From assembly GCA_963707865.1 (NCBI GenBank), contig OY970175.1:694028-758027 (forward strand): DNA of 64,000 bases. Reading direction: 5' to 3'. How positions within the stretch are numbered: the stretch's first letter is position 1; every line of letters begins with the position of its first letter. Below the pieces are notes generated by a model, which was not told the origin of the DNA, made no database searches, and saw only the letters and a list, made by a program, of their open reading frames with translations. Positions 28,760-38,106 of this stretch are shown piece by piece. This stretch comes from an uncultured bacterium (lineage in GTDB: Bacteria > Patescibacteriota > Minisyncoccia > UBA6257 > 2-01-FULL-56-20). Both the position numbers and the translations under genes were made by a program.

Positions 28760-30469
28760 TTATATTTTTTCCGGCGCACGGATACCTAAGAGATCGAGCG
28801 AAAACTTCAAAGCGTCAGCGGCAACTTTCGCAAGAAGAAGCCTTACATCACGTCGCTCTTTATTTTCATCCTTTAAAATCGGCGTTGTTTCATAGAACTT
28901 GTTCGCCGCAACGGCAAGTTTATACATATAAGTAACAAGGCCGCTCGGAGTATTGAGCTCGCCCGCCCGAAGGACAACACTGGGAAGCTCAATGAGTTTG
29001 CGGACAAGCGCGAGTTCCACCTCAGTATCCAAAAATTCAAAATGGAATTCTGCGCCATGCGTTTTTCCCGAAAGGTCAATTGACGATTTTCGCAGAATGC
29101 TCCGCAAACGGGCATACGCGTACTGCACGTAAGGCCCCGAATCGCCCTCAAACGAAAGCGACTTGTCAAAATCAAAAATGATATCCTGGCCGGGGCTCTG
29201 CTTCAAAATGGAATATTTGACTGCGCCGACGGCAATGCTTTCGGCCACCTCCTCGCGCTCCCTTTCGTCCAGATCGCTCTTCTCGCTTATGTGTTCCCGC
29301 AGTTTTGCTTTGACTTGGTCAAGCATTGATTCGGCGATGATCACGTCGCCGGTGCGCGATGCCATCTTACCGCTCGGGAGCCGCAACATGCCATGCCCCA
29401 CATGGCGCGTTTTCGCTGCAACCTCCGGAAAGATAAGTTCCATCACCTTCAAAAGCACTTTAAAGTAATCATTGATCTCATTGCCGGTCACAATGACGGA
29501 AAGGTCTAGTGGATAGAGCTCGAATTTCTTCTTGTTCAGGCCAAGCTCTTTCGCTTCGTACGTCGGCAGTCCTTTTGAATTCACGAACACCCGCGTATGC
29601 AGGCCATATTTTTCTCCGGGGAACACGATCACGCCGTCGCTCTCTATAAAGATGTCCTTGTGGGCCGCGACCACCGCCATCCCCTCCTTCGCCATCTCCC
29701 CTTCGTAAAAATAATCATTGAACTTCGTGCCAAGGCGGGCATAGACCGTTTCAAAATATGCCAAGCTCCACTTCCGGCCCTCATCGTAAAGCTTGTTTAT
29801 TTCCTGATCCGTCCTTGAATATATCTTTTCGTTTATTCCAATAATGGCCTCCTTCGCATCCGATTCGCCTTCGTATGCCTTGGAACCAAGCGCATACGCC
29901 CTACCGAGGAATTCCATTTTATTTTCTACACTACTCGCTTCGCTCTGCATTTTTTGCATGCCCCATATTGCCTTTGCAACGTGGAGACCGACGTCGCCCT
30001 GGTAATTCGCGCGGATTACTTTCGCCCCGAGCGCTTCATAAAGACGCGCGAACGATTCCCCAATCGCGTTGCTCATAAGATGCCCGATATGGAAAAGCTT
30101 GAAAGGGTTCGGGTCGGTGAATTCCACCATCACGGTCTTCCCCTTCATGTTCTTGCTTACGCCATAGTGCTCGTCGCCCGCAATCTTCTTGATTTCTCCC
30201 TGCACCGTTTTTTTGCTCAGCCAAAAATTGATGAAACCGGGTTCCGCTGCCTCCACTTTTTCAAAAAATCCTTTTGGTGCTGCCTTCGCCACCTCTGCCG
30301 CAAGGCGCGTTGCGCGCGCGAGCGGTTTTTCGGCGCCCGAAAGCCGCATCGCAATATTCGTTGCATAGTGCCCGAAATTCTCCTTCTCTGGTACGAGGAT
30401 CTCAATGGTGGGCAATGCGCCGCCGACCGCTTGTTCCAAAATTTTCACGATCTTTTCCTTCATTCCCAA
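28760..30469 (-). CDS. argS: Arginyl-tRNA synthetase
   Basis: EFTDPNPFKLFHIGH, KMASRTG, GDSGPYVQYAYARLRSIL. Confidence 0.96.
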   Translation of the reverse strand: MGMKEKIVKILEQAVGGALPTIEILVPEKENFGHYATNIAMRLSGAEKPLARATRLAAEVAKAAPKGFFEKVEAAEPGFINFWLSKKTVQGEIKKIAGDEHYGVSKNMKGKTVMVEFTDPNPFKLFHIGHLMSNAIGESFARLYEALGAKVIRANYQGDVGLHVAKAIWGMQKMQSEASSVENKMEFLGRAYALGSKAYEGESDAKEAIIGINEKIYSRTDQEINKLYDEGRKWSLAYFETVYARLGTKFNDYFYEGEMAKEGMAVVAAHKDIFIESDGVIVFPGEKYGLHTRVFVNSKGLPTYEAKELGLNKKKFELYPLDLSVIVTGNEINDYFKVLLKVMELIFPEVAAKTRHVGHGMLRLPSGKMASRTGDVIIAESMLDQVKAKLREHISEKSDLDEREREEVAESIAVGAVKYSILKQSPGQDIIFDFDKSLSFEGDSGPYVQYAYARLRSILRKSSIDLSGKTHGAEFHFEFLDTEVELALVRKLIELPSVVLRAGELNTPSGLVTYMYKLAVAANKFYETTPILKDENKERRDVRLLLAKVAADALKFSLDLLGIRAPEKI

Positions 30470-30499
30470 TTCTCCTTATTTTACCGCTATAATGGATGT

Positions 30500-30937
30500 A
30501 TGGAAACCATTGCGGAAAACCGCCGAGCGCGGTTTGATTATGAGATTTCGGACACCTACGATGCCGGCATAGAACTTTTCGGCCACGAGGTGAAAAGCGC
30601 AAAAAGCGGCCGCTTTCAGATAGCGGGCGCGCGGGTTTTGATCCGCAATGGCGAGGCGTGGCTCGTGAACTCCCACATCCCGCCCTACCAGCCGAAGAAC
30701 ACCCCATCGGGATACGAAGAAGACCGCTCGCGAAAGCTTTTGCTCACGAAAGATGAAATAAAAGCGCTGACCGGCGCGCTTCAAGAAAAAGGACAGGTGC
30801 TCGTCCCCCTTCGCGCATTCCTGAAACACGGATTCATAAAATTGGAGCTTGGGCTCGGCCGCACAAAGAAAAAGTCCGACAAGCGCGAGGCGCTCAAAAA
30901 GCGCGCGCATGAGCGCGAGATGCGCGGCGCCGAATAG
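30500..30937 (+). CDS. smpB: SsrA-binding protein
   Basis: IAENRRARFDY...AGIELFGHEVKS...RKLLL...DKRE. Confidence 0.96.
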   Translation: METIAENRRARFDYEISDTYDAGIELFGHEVKSAKSGRFQIAGARVLIRNGEAWLVNSHIPPYQPKNTPSGYEEDRSRKLLLTKDEIKALTGALQEKGQVLVPLRAFLKHGFIKLELGLGRTKKKSDKREALKKRAHEREMRGAE

Positions 30938-30971
30938 CGGCGCGGGCATCCGTGGCGCCCCACGGCACCCG

Positions 30972-31547
30972 TTAAAAAACTTTCACCCCGAACCTCGCGA
31001 GCTCCCGCACGATCTCGTAGAGCGGCAATCCCATAACGCCGAAGAAATCACCCTCCACTTTCCGCACGAATGCCGCACCGCGTCCCTGCACGGCGTATGC
31101 ACCAGCCTTGTCTAGCGGCTCGCCCGTTTTTACGTACGCATCAATCTCGCGGCCGCCGAGCTTTCTGAAATAAATCCTGCTCTCGCTCACGCGCGACACT
31201 CTTTTCCTTGTTTTGGTATCAATAATAGTAAAACCGGTAAACACCGAATGCGCCGTTCCGCTCAACAACTTCAGCATCGCCCTTGCCCTCTTCGGTGTGC
31301 CGGGCTTTCCCAGAACGCGGTTTTTATAAACGACGCAGGTGTCCGCCCCGATGACGACGGCGTCCTTATGCCGCCGTGCTACCGATTCCGCCTTTTTCAA
31401 AGACAACCTCTTTACAAGTTCCCTTGGCACGAGTTTTAAGGTCATGTCTTCTTCGTAGTCGCCCGGGTCCACGATAAACTTCAAACCAATCCTGCTCAAA
31501 ATCTCCGTCCTCCTCGGAGAGGACGACGCAAGAACAATCTTTTGCAT
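30972..31547 (-). CDS. maf: Maf nucleotide pyrophosphatase
   Basis: IVLASSSPRR, IGADT, LGKP, EPLDKAGAYAVQG, VMGLP. Confidence 0.95.
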   Translation of the reverse strand: MQKIVLASSSPRRTEILSRIGLKFIVDPGDYEEDMTLKLVPRELVKRLSLKKAESVARRHKDAVVIGADTCVVYKNRVLGKPGTPKRARAMLKLLSGTAHSVFTGFTIIDTKTRKRVSRVSESRIYFRKLGGREIDAYVKTGEPLDKAGAYAVQGRGAAFVRKVEGDFFGVMGLPLYEIVRELARFGVKVF

Positions 31548-31597
31548 AGAGCTGATTATATCACGCAATTGCCTACCTCAAAGCCAGGGAAACACTC

Positions 31598-32284
31598 TCA
31601 GTCCTCCGCAGACTCCTTCCCCGTTTTTTTGTCCAAAATTCTAGGCCGGCGACCCTCATCCCAATATTCACCTAGCTCATCACGGTAGGGAAGAATACCC
31701 ACGTCCCTAAGAGATATCTCACGGATCCTGCCGGTCTCCAAGTCCCGTACCCGAACAAACCAAAAGTCACTCTCATCGAATGGCGTACCCAACACTTCAT
31801 ATTTTTCCAAGTGGCGCTCTTCTTTTCTTATGTATTCTATTTCAAGCACTATTCCTGGCTTTATTTCGTCCAGTTCGGGAATTTTCCATGTTCGTTCCCG
31901 AATTCGCTTTTCTTTTTCGCCGCGAGCGTCCATTACGTCGGGTGCTTCGGCCGATGCTTCCCGCTCTCTCTCGGGAAGGAATCGTCCCAGTTCTTGTTGA
32001 AGTTTTATCAACTGGTCGCTTTTATCCCCGCCCATGGCGCCGGCCAGGAGATTAAGTTCTTGTTTGATTTCGTGATTGGCCTCGTCGTATTTCTCGGCCT
32101 CAATCAGTGGCGCAATCTTTCGCCGAATGTCCTCGAACGTATCCTCTTTGGCTTTTTCCCAATAGTTTTGATCGGGATTTTGAATCACTAGTTTCTTCCC
32201 TTCGGGAGATTCGCCTTTCACGGGTGGTACTTCCTTCGGCACAGCTCTTTTAAGGGCTCCCGTTACGTTTTCGAAATTAAACAT
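31598..32284 (-). CDS. Hypothetical protein (charged)
   Basis: Open frame MFNFENV... of about 228 aa with a coding-like composition. Confidence 0.65.
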   Translation of the reverse strand: MFNFENVTGALKRAVPKEVPPVKGESPEGKKLVIQNPDQNYWEKAKEDTFEDIRRKIAPLIEAEKYDEANHEIKQELNLLAGAMGGDKSDQLIKLQQELGRFLPEREREASAEAPDVMDARGEKEKRIRERTWKIPELDEIKPGIVLEIEYIRKEERHLEKYEVLGTPFDESDFWFVRVRDLETGRIREISLRDVGILPYRDELGEYWDEGRRPRILDKKTGKESAED

Positions 32285-32548
32285 GGTTGTGATTTCGCCG
32301 CTTAATTTAATATTACATGTTTTAGTAAATATATTGCAACGCGCACGCTCAATAAAGACCGTTTGGGCGAAACGAGTGGTCAACATCGGAACTCGGTGAA
32401 GATTTGAGGAATTGCCGAAGCTATTAAACAAGGTGTCGGTTGCCATTCCGTAGGACGTTCGCGATCGCCGGGTTTGACAAACCGCAATCCGACATCTATA
32501 ACCTAACCAGGTGTTCGCAAATGTTTGTGGATCCAAAAGAGGAGGTCT

Positions 32549-32845
32549 ATGGCTACTTTCAGGTTCAGGAGAAAAGACACTGGGGAAATCACGGAAGTTA
32601 AGGGGCGACACGGGAAGAAATACGCCTTCGCCAGAGCTATCGTCCAGTTTGGCCTCCGTGCTGACCAAATCAACCTTGTTGAGCATGCAGGACGTGATGG
32701 ACACGTAAAACCGCCTCATCGACCCGGCAATTCGCGAAAGCGCTTTGCCAGAGCACAAAATCGCGTACAGGAACAGATGGGCCGCCCCCTTGCGGAAAGC
32801 CATCCTTCCGAGGATTCGTACAGCATCTATTTTGGTAGGTGGTAG
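32549..32845 (+). CDS. Hypothetical basic 98-aa protein
   Basis: GAGGAGG RBS before ATG (MATFRFRRKDTGE...); terminator follows. Confidence 0.65.
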   Translation: MATFRFRRKDTGEITEVKGRHGKKYAFARAIVQFGLRADQINLVEHAGRDGHVKPPHRPGNSRKRFARAQNRVQEQMGRPLAESHPSEDSYSIYFGRW

Positions 32846-32872
32846 AACCCATCATTGCAACGGCTCCACACG

Positions 32873-32918
32873 CAGAGAAGCTCATTGCTCCTATTGCTGT
32901 GGAGCTTCTCTGTTTTTT
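32873..32918 (+). terminator. Intrinsic terminator
   Basis: CAGAGAAGCTC...GAGCTTCTCTG followed by T6. Confidence 0.65.
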
Positions 32919-32963
32919 AAATTATTCCCGATTATTCCCGGCGCGGAGAGCAGAAAGAAATGC

Positions 32964-32975
32964 TGGTGGAGACGG
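32964..32975 (-). repeat. Duplicated tmRNA 3' end (att scar)
   Basis: GGTGGAGACGG (32965-32975) is identical to 35153-35163; on the minus strand 32964-32975 reads CCGTCTCCACCA, including CCA. Confidence 0.65.
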
Positions 32976-33098
32976 AGGTTAGTTATTTAAACACACTGAT
33001 TCCCAATTTTTAGGTAAAAGAAAAGCCCGTTTGGTTCCGGGTGGGCTAGACCGTGGAAGGAAATCCTTCACTTCGGGTTGTCGGATTGTTTTGGCTAC

Positions 33099-34070
33099 TC
33101 AACTAGGGACGACCCAAATCGAATCGTGGTAGGGACTCTTTCCCCATTCTTCCGGCAACATAGACATGCTCTCAAAAAGGTCCCACGCTCGATAAAAGCT
33201 TCGCCAGGCGTCACTGGATTTCAAGTATGCCTCCCTGTCTTCAAGCTGAGCCTTCCTTGTCTCCTCATGCTCTCTTTGCGCCGCAAGAGCCGCGGCTTTA
33301 TACGCCGTGAATTTCTTCCTTGCCCACGACGCGAGCGCTGTGCGGGCTTCTCGTGTTTCCGGAAAAGGATGGGGATGAGCCAGCTCTCGCCACTCAAGAT
33401 GCTGCCTGATGTTCTTTACGTTTCTGAACCTGTCCTCCATGGCCTGGAGCCGACGGCTGCGTTCCTGAATGCCACGCGTGAACAGGCATCCCATGCGGCG
33501 GAAAAAGTCATGTTGCGCGTTCATAAGATTAATCTTCTCGGCAAGCTGATCTGCATCTTTAAGAAGGATGAACCGGCAGAAAACGGTGTACTCCTCAATG
33601 AGGGGGCACTTAGCATAAACGCCCTGATCATTTTTAAGGACACGCTCGTACCGACCATGGAGTAGATAAAGATTTCCATTGTCGGCGAGCAAGAACTGAT
33701 TTTCCTCAAGAAATCGCACGCCGTATGACAATCCGAATAGGGTTCTACCAATCTCTCCTTCTTGATTGAAGGTGTTGTGCAGGAGCTCGACGCACTTGAG
33801 CCGCAGATTAAAATCCTTGGGCTCGACCACATTCAGATCCGCATGGTGGAGGCTCTTGCCGTCGTGCCACCTGTCGGGGTTGATGTGCTCTCGCGCGGGC
33901 TTCATCTCGGGGAGATATTTTATGAGCGGCTTGCAACTAGCGATTACCTTCATGATGACTTCAGCCCACTCGTGCTTGTTGAGTTCGTTGATACGGACGG
34001 GCCTCACGAGGCCCTGAATTAGACTAACGAATCTGCCGAATCTGTTGGACAATGTTTCATGTCCGTACAT
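33099..34070 (-). CDS. Hypothetical protein whose 5' end abuts or lies within the IS end
   Basis: Long ORF; nearest in-frame ATG (MYGHETLSNRF) is inside the IS terminal repeat. Confidence 0.6.
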   Translation of the reverse strand: MYGHETLSNRFGRFVSLIQGLVRPVRINELNKHEWAEVIMKVIASCKPLIKYLPEMKPAREHINPDRWHDGKSLHHADLNVVEPKDFNLRLKCVELLHNTFNQEGEIGRTLFGLSYGVRFLEENQFLLADNGNLYLLHGRYERVLKNDQGVYAKCPLIEEYTVFCRFILLKDADQLAEKINLMNAQHDFFRRMGCLFTRGIQERSRRLQAMEDRFRNVKNIRQHLEWRELAHPHPFPETREARTALASWARKKFTAYKAAALAAQREHEETRKAQLEDREAYLKSSDAWRSFYRAWDLFESMSMLPEEWGKSPYHDSIWVVPS

Positions 34071-35007
34071 TTGTCCCCTCGATAGATTGAAGATATTCGA
34101 CCGGCGTCTTTCCGGCAAGGGCAAGGTGAGGACAGATGGTATTGTACCAGGCACAGTAAGCGGCCTGTTTTTGTTTTGCCTCGGCCACGGTGCGGAACGC
34201 CACCTTGTTCCAGAACCGTTCCCGGTCGTTGCGGTGGGAACGTTCCACCTTGCCGTTCTGCGCGGGATGCCCGGGAGCGATGAGATAGTGGACCATCTTC
34301 TGTTTTGCGCAGGCGAGGTCGAACGGATGCAACCGCGGCTTCATGGGGTCAGCTGATTTCGGATATCCTATGTAGCGATTCGTAAAGATGGATCCGTTGT
34401 CGGTCTTCACCGCACGGATGCGGAACGGTGCGGCCGCAATGACCCTTTCGAGAAACAGGATCGCGGTTCTCGTGGATTGTTCCTGGGTTACCCACAGATG
34501 CCGCCACCGGGTGCAGCAGTCGATCGCGGTGAACTGGTAGAGCCAGTTGCCCTTGAATTTCCTCACGTAGACGACGTCGATCTCCACCATCTCGCCGGGG
34601 AACGTGGCCGTCGGTTTCCACTTTTCCTTGGGCGTGAGACGCTTCTTCGTACGCGAGAGGCCTTCACGCTTCAATACTTTTGCAATGCCGCGTGCCGAGA
34701 GCCGCATGCCTTCGCGGGCGAGGAGGTGTACGAGCACGTCCGGACCGAGATCGGTCTCCGTTCTCATAGTCCGGATCTTTTTCACGATATCTCGCGAAAA
34801 CTGTTTTGGGTGTGCGTGCGGCCTGCGCGATCTGGGCACGAGGGCGCTCGCCCCGCCACTGCGATATGCCGCCACCCAACGCTTCAGCGTACGGTATGAA
34901 AATGGTGCGTGGGCAGCAATGGCCTTGATGCTCATCTCTTTTTCAAGATGCGGCCTGATCCACCGCATTCGTTCCTCCGCTGCGTCTTTGGCAAGTGTTT
35001 GTGGCAT
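34057..35007 (-). CDS. IS481-family DDE transposase
   Basis: HTH (TLKRWVAAYR..G..AL.PRSRRP); rve core EIDV, AIDCCTR, KTDNG, QNGKVERSHR. Confidence 0.9.
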   Translation of the reverse strand: MPQTLAKDAAEERMRWIRPHLEKEMSIKAIAAHAPFSYRTLKRWVAAYRSGGASALVPRSRRPHAHPKQFSRDIVKKIRTMRTETDLGPDVLVHLLAREGMRLSARGIAKVLKREGLSRTKKRLTPKEKWKPTATFPGEMVEIDVVYVRKFKGNWLYQFTAIDCCTRWRHLWVTQEQSTRTAILFLERVIAAAPFRIRAVKTDNGSIFTNRYIGYPKSADPMKPRLHPFDLACAKQKMVHYLIAPGHPAQNGKVERSHRNDRERFWNKVAFRTVAEAKQKQAAYCAWYNTICPHLALAGKTPVEYLQSIEGTNVRT

Positions 35008-35047
35008 ATTCCCCAGCTTACGCTTCGAGGGGCCATATGTATGTGCA
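34060..35047 (-). mobile_element. IS481-family insertion sequence (988 bp)
   Basis: Imperfect 23-bp terminal IRs TGTCCGTACATTTGTCCCCTCGA / TGCACATACATATGGCCCCTCGA (18/23); no target duplication visible. Confidence 0.8.
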
Positions 35048-35154
35048 GAGTACCCGAATCCATTGCCAGACCCCCTTCACTTGTGAAATACCAGATTTCT
35101 CTGGCCTGCCTAGGGTATACTCCTGATTCCACAAAAATTCAATCTCAGAACGGG

Positions 35155-35466
35155 TGGAGACGGGCGGAATCGAACCGCCGTGTAAAGGTAATGCGCGTGG
35201 GCCGTCTACGAGCGTGTCTAGTGGAACACTAGCAACGTGATCCTAATTTTCGCGCGTGGCATAGGATCGTCCGCCGCGGCTAGTCCCCTTATATAAGACC
35301 GGCTATGAGCCCAAGGAACCCGGGCTCGCCGATCCCGGCATTACGCGTAAGCGAACGCCGGAGCTGTAACTCTATTAGAGTTGGCAGTTATGTTTGTGCA
35401 GCAGTTACGTCGCTGCCCTCGGCCCGCAAACCCACTGCTTACCTTTATCAAAGCCAGTGCGTCCCC
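35155..35466 (-). ncRNA. ssrA: tmRNA
   Basis: Acceptor GGGGACG/CGTCTCC+A with G3-U70; T-arm GGCGGTTCGATTCCGCC; tag ORF (A)NSNRVTAPAFAYA* after AACATAACT; TATAAT upstream; smpB nearby. Confidence 0.93.
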
Positions 35467-35519
35467 TTTCAAATTGCCCCGCCATTATAGCGCAAATCGT
35501 AAACAGTGTGAAGCACGGC

Positions 35520-35691
35520 GAACATCTTTTGGCTTTGTGGAACCGTGCGGAGGCCGAGTAAAAAAATCCGCGAGTGAATAGAAAAATGCCGGGTGCCCCC
35601 GTGCGAAGCGCGAGAGGGTGGCATTTTTTCGTTATGAGCGAGCCGGATTTTCGCGAGGCCGGAGAGGGTTCCACAAAGCCAAAAGATGTTC
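35520..35691. repeat. 172-bp nested-hairpin element with perfect 25-bp terminal IRs
   Basis: GAACATCTTTTGGCTTTGTGGAACC (35520-35544) / GGTTCCACAAAGCCAAAAGATGTTC (35667-35691); inner stems AAAATCCG/CGGATTTT and AAAAATGCC/GGCATTTTT. Confidence 0.75.
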
Positions 35692-36265
35692 ACTGCGCCT
35701 CCACCACTTTCTGCACATTCGCACGCTTTAGCAACTCCGCCTGCAGCCACTCCGCAAGGTCTTTGTCCATCGCTGGCAGGATCCCTTCCGATTCGTCCTC
35801 GCCGGATTTTTCTTCCTCCTCGCCCGCGGTCAAAATGACGAGCCGGCTCAAGCCAAGCATTTGGAAGGAAAGGTTTCTTCCTATGTCCACGTTCTGGATC
35901 TGGCGGTACGGGATCGCGGTTTCTTCTTTGTTCAAAACTCCATTTTTAATCTTCAGCGCATCGTCGCCAAGATAAAATTTGTAGTTCCTATAAATGAGCC
36001 ATGTAATCAAAAAAGTGGCGGCGGCAACCAACGCAAAGACGAGAAACGCAACCCACGTGGAAAAACTGACATAGGAACTGAGATCAACGGAAAAAACATT
36101 TTTTAAAAATGGCTGCCCTTGAAGTACGAAGAGGGCGATTGCAATGAGCAAAAAAACGGCAGCGGCATGTATCCGGTCCAGAAGAAAAATCACGAAGGTC
36201 TTCTTCCCAAGTGTGTGATACACTTCCTGCGGAACGCCGGGATGGTTCACTGGTTTCTCGTCCAT
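35690..36265 (-). CDS. PH-domain (bPH_2/YdbS-like) membrane protein
   Basis: Two TM helices, then KNGVLNKEETAIPYRQIQNVDI...LGLSRLVILTAG. Confidence 0.82.
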   Translation of the reverse strand: MDEKPVNHPGVPQEVYHTLGKKTFVIFLLDRIHAAAVFLLIAIALFVLQGQPFLKNVFSVDLSSYVSFSTWVAFLVFALVAAATFLITWLIYRNYKFYLGDDALKIKNGVLNKEETAIPYRQIQNVDIGRNLSFQMLGLSRLVILTAGEEEEKSGEDESEGILPAMDKDLAEWLQAELLKRANVQKVVEAQ

Positions 36266-36405
36266 GATGCTATTCTATCACACTGGCGGGGCGCACAGAC
36301 GAGGCGCACGGGCGGCAGGCGCAACGCTGGACAAAGACCGTTCGCCCACATTAGAATGATAAGGTCATATCAAACGTACTCGGCAGTTTTTTCTCCAAAA
36401 CTCCC

Positions 36406-36921
36406 ATACAAAAACCCCGCATCAACAGTCAAATAACCGCACCCGAGCTCCGCGTTATAAACGAGGAGGGGAAAAATCTCGGCATTCTTCCACGCGAGAA
36501 GGCGCTTGCCTTGGCGCGTCCCGCCGAAGGCGTAGATCTCATTGAAATCTCGCCGAATGCGAAACCGCCCGTCGTGCGCCTTATGAGCTACGACAAGTTC
36601 CGCTACGAGGAGGCGAAGCGCGAGAGAAAAGAACGGCTCGCACAGAAAGGGGGCGGCCTGAAGCACGTGCAGATCAGTGCCCGCGCCGCGCGGAACGATC
36701 TCATGATAAAACTGAAGCAGCTTGAAGAATTCCTGGCCGAGGGGCACCAGATAGAGATCAACATGCGCCTCCGCGGTCGCGAAAAAGGCATGAAGGACTG
36801 GGCACAACAAAAGCTCGCGGATTTTATGAAGATGATCCCCGTGGAATACAAGCGTATCTCCGAACCCCGCTTCGCGAAGTACGGCATGAGCGTCCAGATT
36901 GCAAAGAAATCAAAAGCGTAG
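36406..36921 (+). CDS. infC: Translation initiation factor IF-3 (non-canonical start, probably ATA)
   Basis: PRINSQITAPELRVI...DLIEISPNAKPPVVRLMSYDKFRYE...LRGRE; no ATG/GTG/TTG in frame upstream of the conserved N-terminus. Confidence 0.92.
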   Translation: MQKPRINSQITAPELRVINEEGKNLGILPREKALALARPAEGVDLIEISPNAKPPVVRLMSYDKFRYEEAKRERKERLAQKGGGLKHVQISARAARNDLMIKLKQLEEFLAEGHQIEINMRLRGREKGMKDWAQQKLADFMKMIPVEYKRISEPRFAKYGMSVQIAKKSKA

Positions 36922-37020
36922 TACACTTCCTTCGTTAAGCCCGTGCGGCTCGGTTTTAGTGAGTGTCCAGTTTTGGCGAGCTCAGGGAAATTCCGCAAAA
37001 CCGTTTAGGGAACCAAAAAA

Positions 37021-37194
37021 ATGTCTATAAGTAAATCCGTCACAGACCGAATAAGGATAACGAAGAACGGCAAGATCGTGCGCCGCCCGATGGCGGTGGA
37101 CCATTTCCGCACGCGGACGAACGCGAAGGCGATCAGAAACAAGAGAAAGAATCGCTCGCTTGGGATCTCGCTGAAGACGTTAAAAAATTATTAA
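37021..37194 (+). CDS. rpmI: 50S ribosomal protein L35
   Basis: MSISKSVTDRIRITKNGKIVRRPMAVDHFRTR... (57 aa) between infC and rplT; below the ORF-track cutoff. Confidence 0.88.
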   Translation: MSISKSVTDRIRITKNGKIVRRPMAVDHFRTRTNAKAIRNKRKNRSLGISLKTLKNY

Positions 37195-37208
37195 TCATTA
37201 CTTGACAA

Positions 37209-37553
37209 ATGCCGAGAGTTAAACGGGGAACCATTGCCAATAAGCGGCGCGCGAAGGTCCTTAAATACACCAAGGGGTTCCGCTGGGGCCGCAAATCGAA
37301 AGAACGCGCCGCAAAGGAAGCACTCCTCCACGCATGGACGCACGCATTCCGCGGACGTAAAGAAAAGAAGCGGACCAGCCGCACGCTTTGGAACGTAAAA
37401 ATCAATGCCGCGGTTCGCGAGGAAGGCATGAATTACAGCACATTCATCGCTGCACTTAAAAAGAAGAAGGTGGCATTGGATAGAAAAATACTCGCCGACC
37501 TCGCGGAGCACGAACCGGAGATATTCAAGAAAATAGTGGCGTTCGTGAAATAA
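37209..37553 (+). CDS. rplT: 50S ribosomal protein L20
   Basis: MPRVKRG...KGFRWGR...LWNVKINAA...LDRKILADLA. Confidence 0.97.
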   Translation: MPRVKRGTIANKRRAKVLKYTKGFRWGRKSKERAAKEALLHAWTHAFRGRKEKKRTSRTLWNVKINAAVREEGMNYSTFIAALKKKKVALDRKILADLAEHEPEIFKKIVAFVK

Positions 37554-37562
37554 ACTGACAAG

Positions 37563-37589
37563 AAAACCGGCGCTTCGGCGCCGGCTTTT
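37563..37589. terminator. Bidirectional-type terminator
   Basis: AAAACCGGCGC-TTCG-GCGCCGGCTTTT between convergent genes. Confidence 0.75.
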
Positions 37590-37596
37590 GATTGCT

Positions 37597-38106
37597 TTAA
37601 CGCGGTGGCCGCACTGGGTGGTGGTATTGCCTGCTCCGCGCGCGGAGGAAATCGTTCGCCTGCTTTAAAACCTTCCGGGTGTCGCCATATTTTTTGCCGA
37701 TCACACCCATTGCATCGCGATACAGGAACCATCCGTAGCCACTGTGCTCTCGGGGGATAATTTTTACTTCTGCCTTGTGCGTCTCGGCGAGAAAAAGAAT
37801 GACGGTGTCGTAAATGCCCTGGTCCCCAATGCGGAAATAAAACCGTTCATAGGCGCGGAAATTCGGCACGATCCGCAATTCGGATTTTTTGATGCCCGTT
37901 TCCTCTTCAAGCTCACGGAGCGCCGCATCAATGCTGCGCTCCCCCGGCTGGAAATGCCCCTTCGGAAAATTCCAGTAATCGCCGCGGCGGTAGAGCAAAA
38001 GGAATTTTATACCGTCGCTTACCCTCCGATAGACCACAAAGCCGGCGACCACCTGTTTTTTGGTGGGAGGTTTTCCAAACTGTTCGGGTGGGTGCAGCGG
38101 CGTCAT
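37597..38106 (-). CDS. NUDIX hydrolase (Ap4A-hydrolase-like)
   Basis: WNFPKGHFQPGERSIDAALRELEEETG Nudix box. Confidence 0.9.
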   Translation of the reverse strand: MTPLHPPEQFGKPPTKKQVVAGFVVYRRVSDGIKFLLLYRRGDYWNFPKGHFQPGERSIDAALRELEEETGIKKSELRIVPNFRAYERFYFRIGDQGIYDTVILFLAETHKAEVKIIPREHSGYGWFLYRDAMGVIGKKYGDTRKVLKQANDFLRARSRQYHHPVRPPR

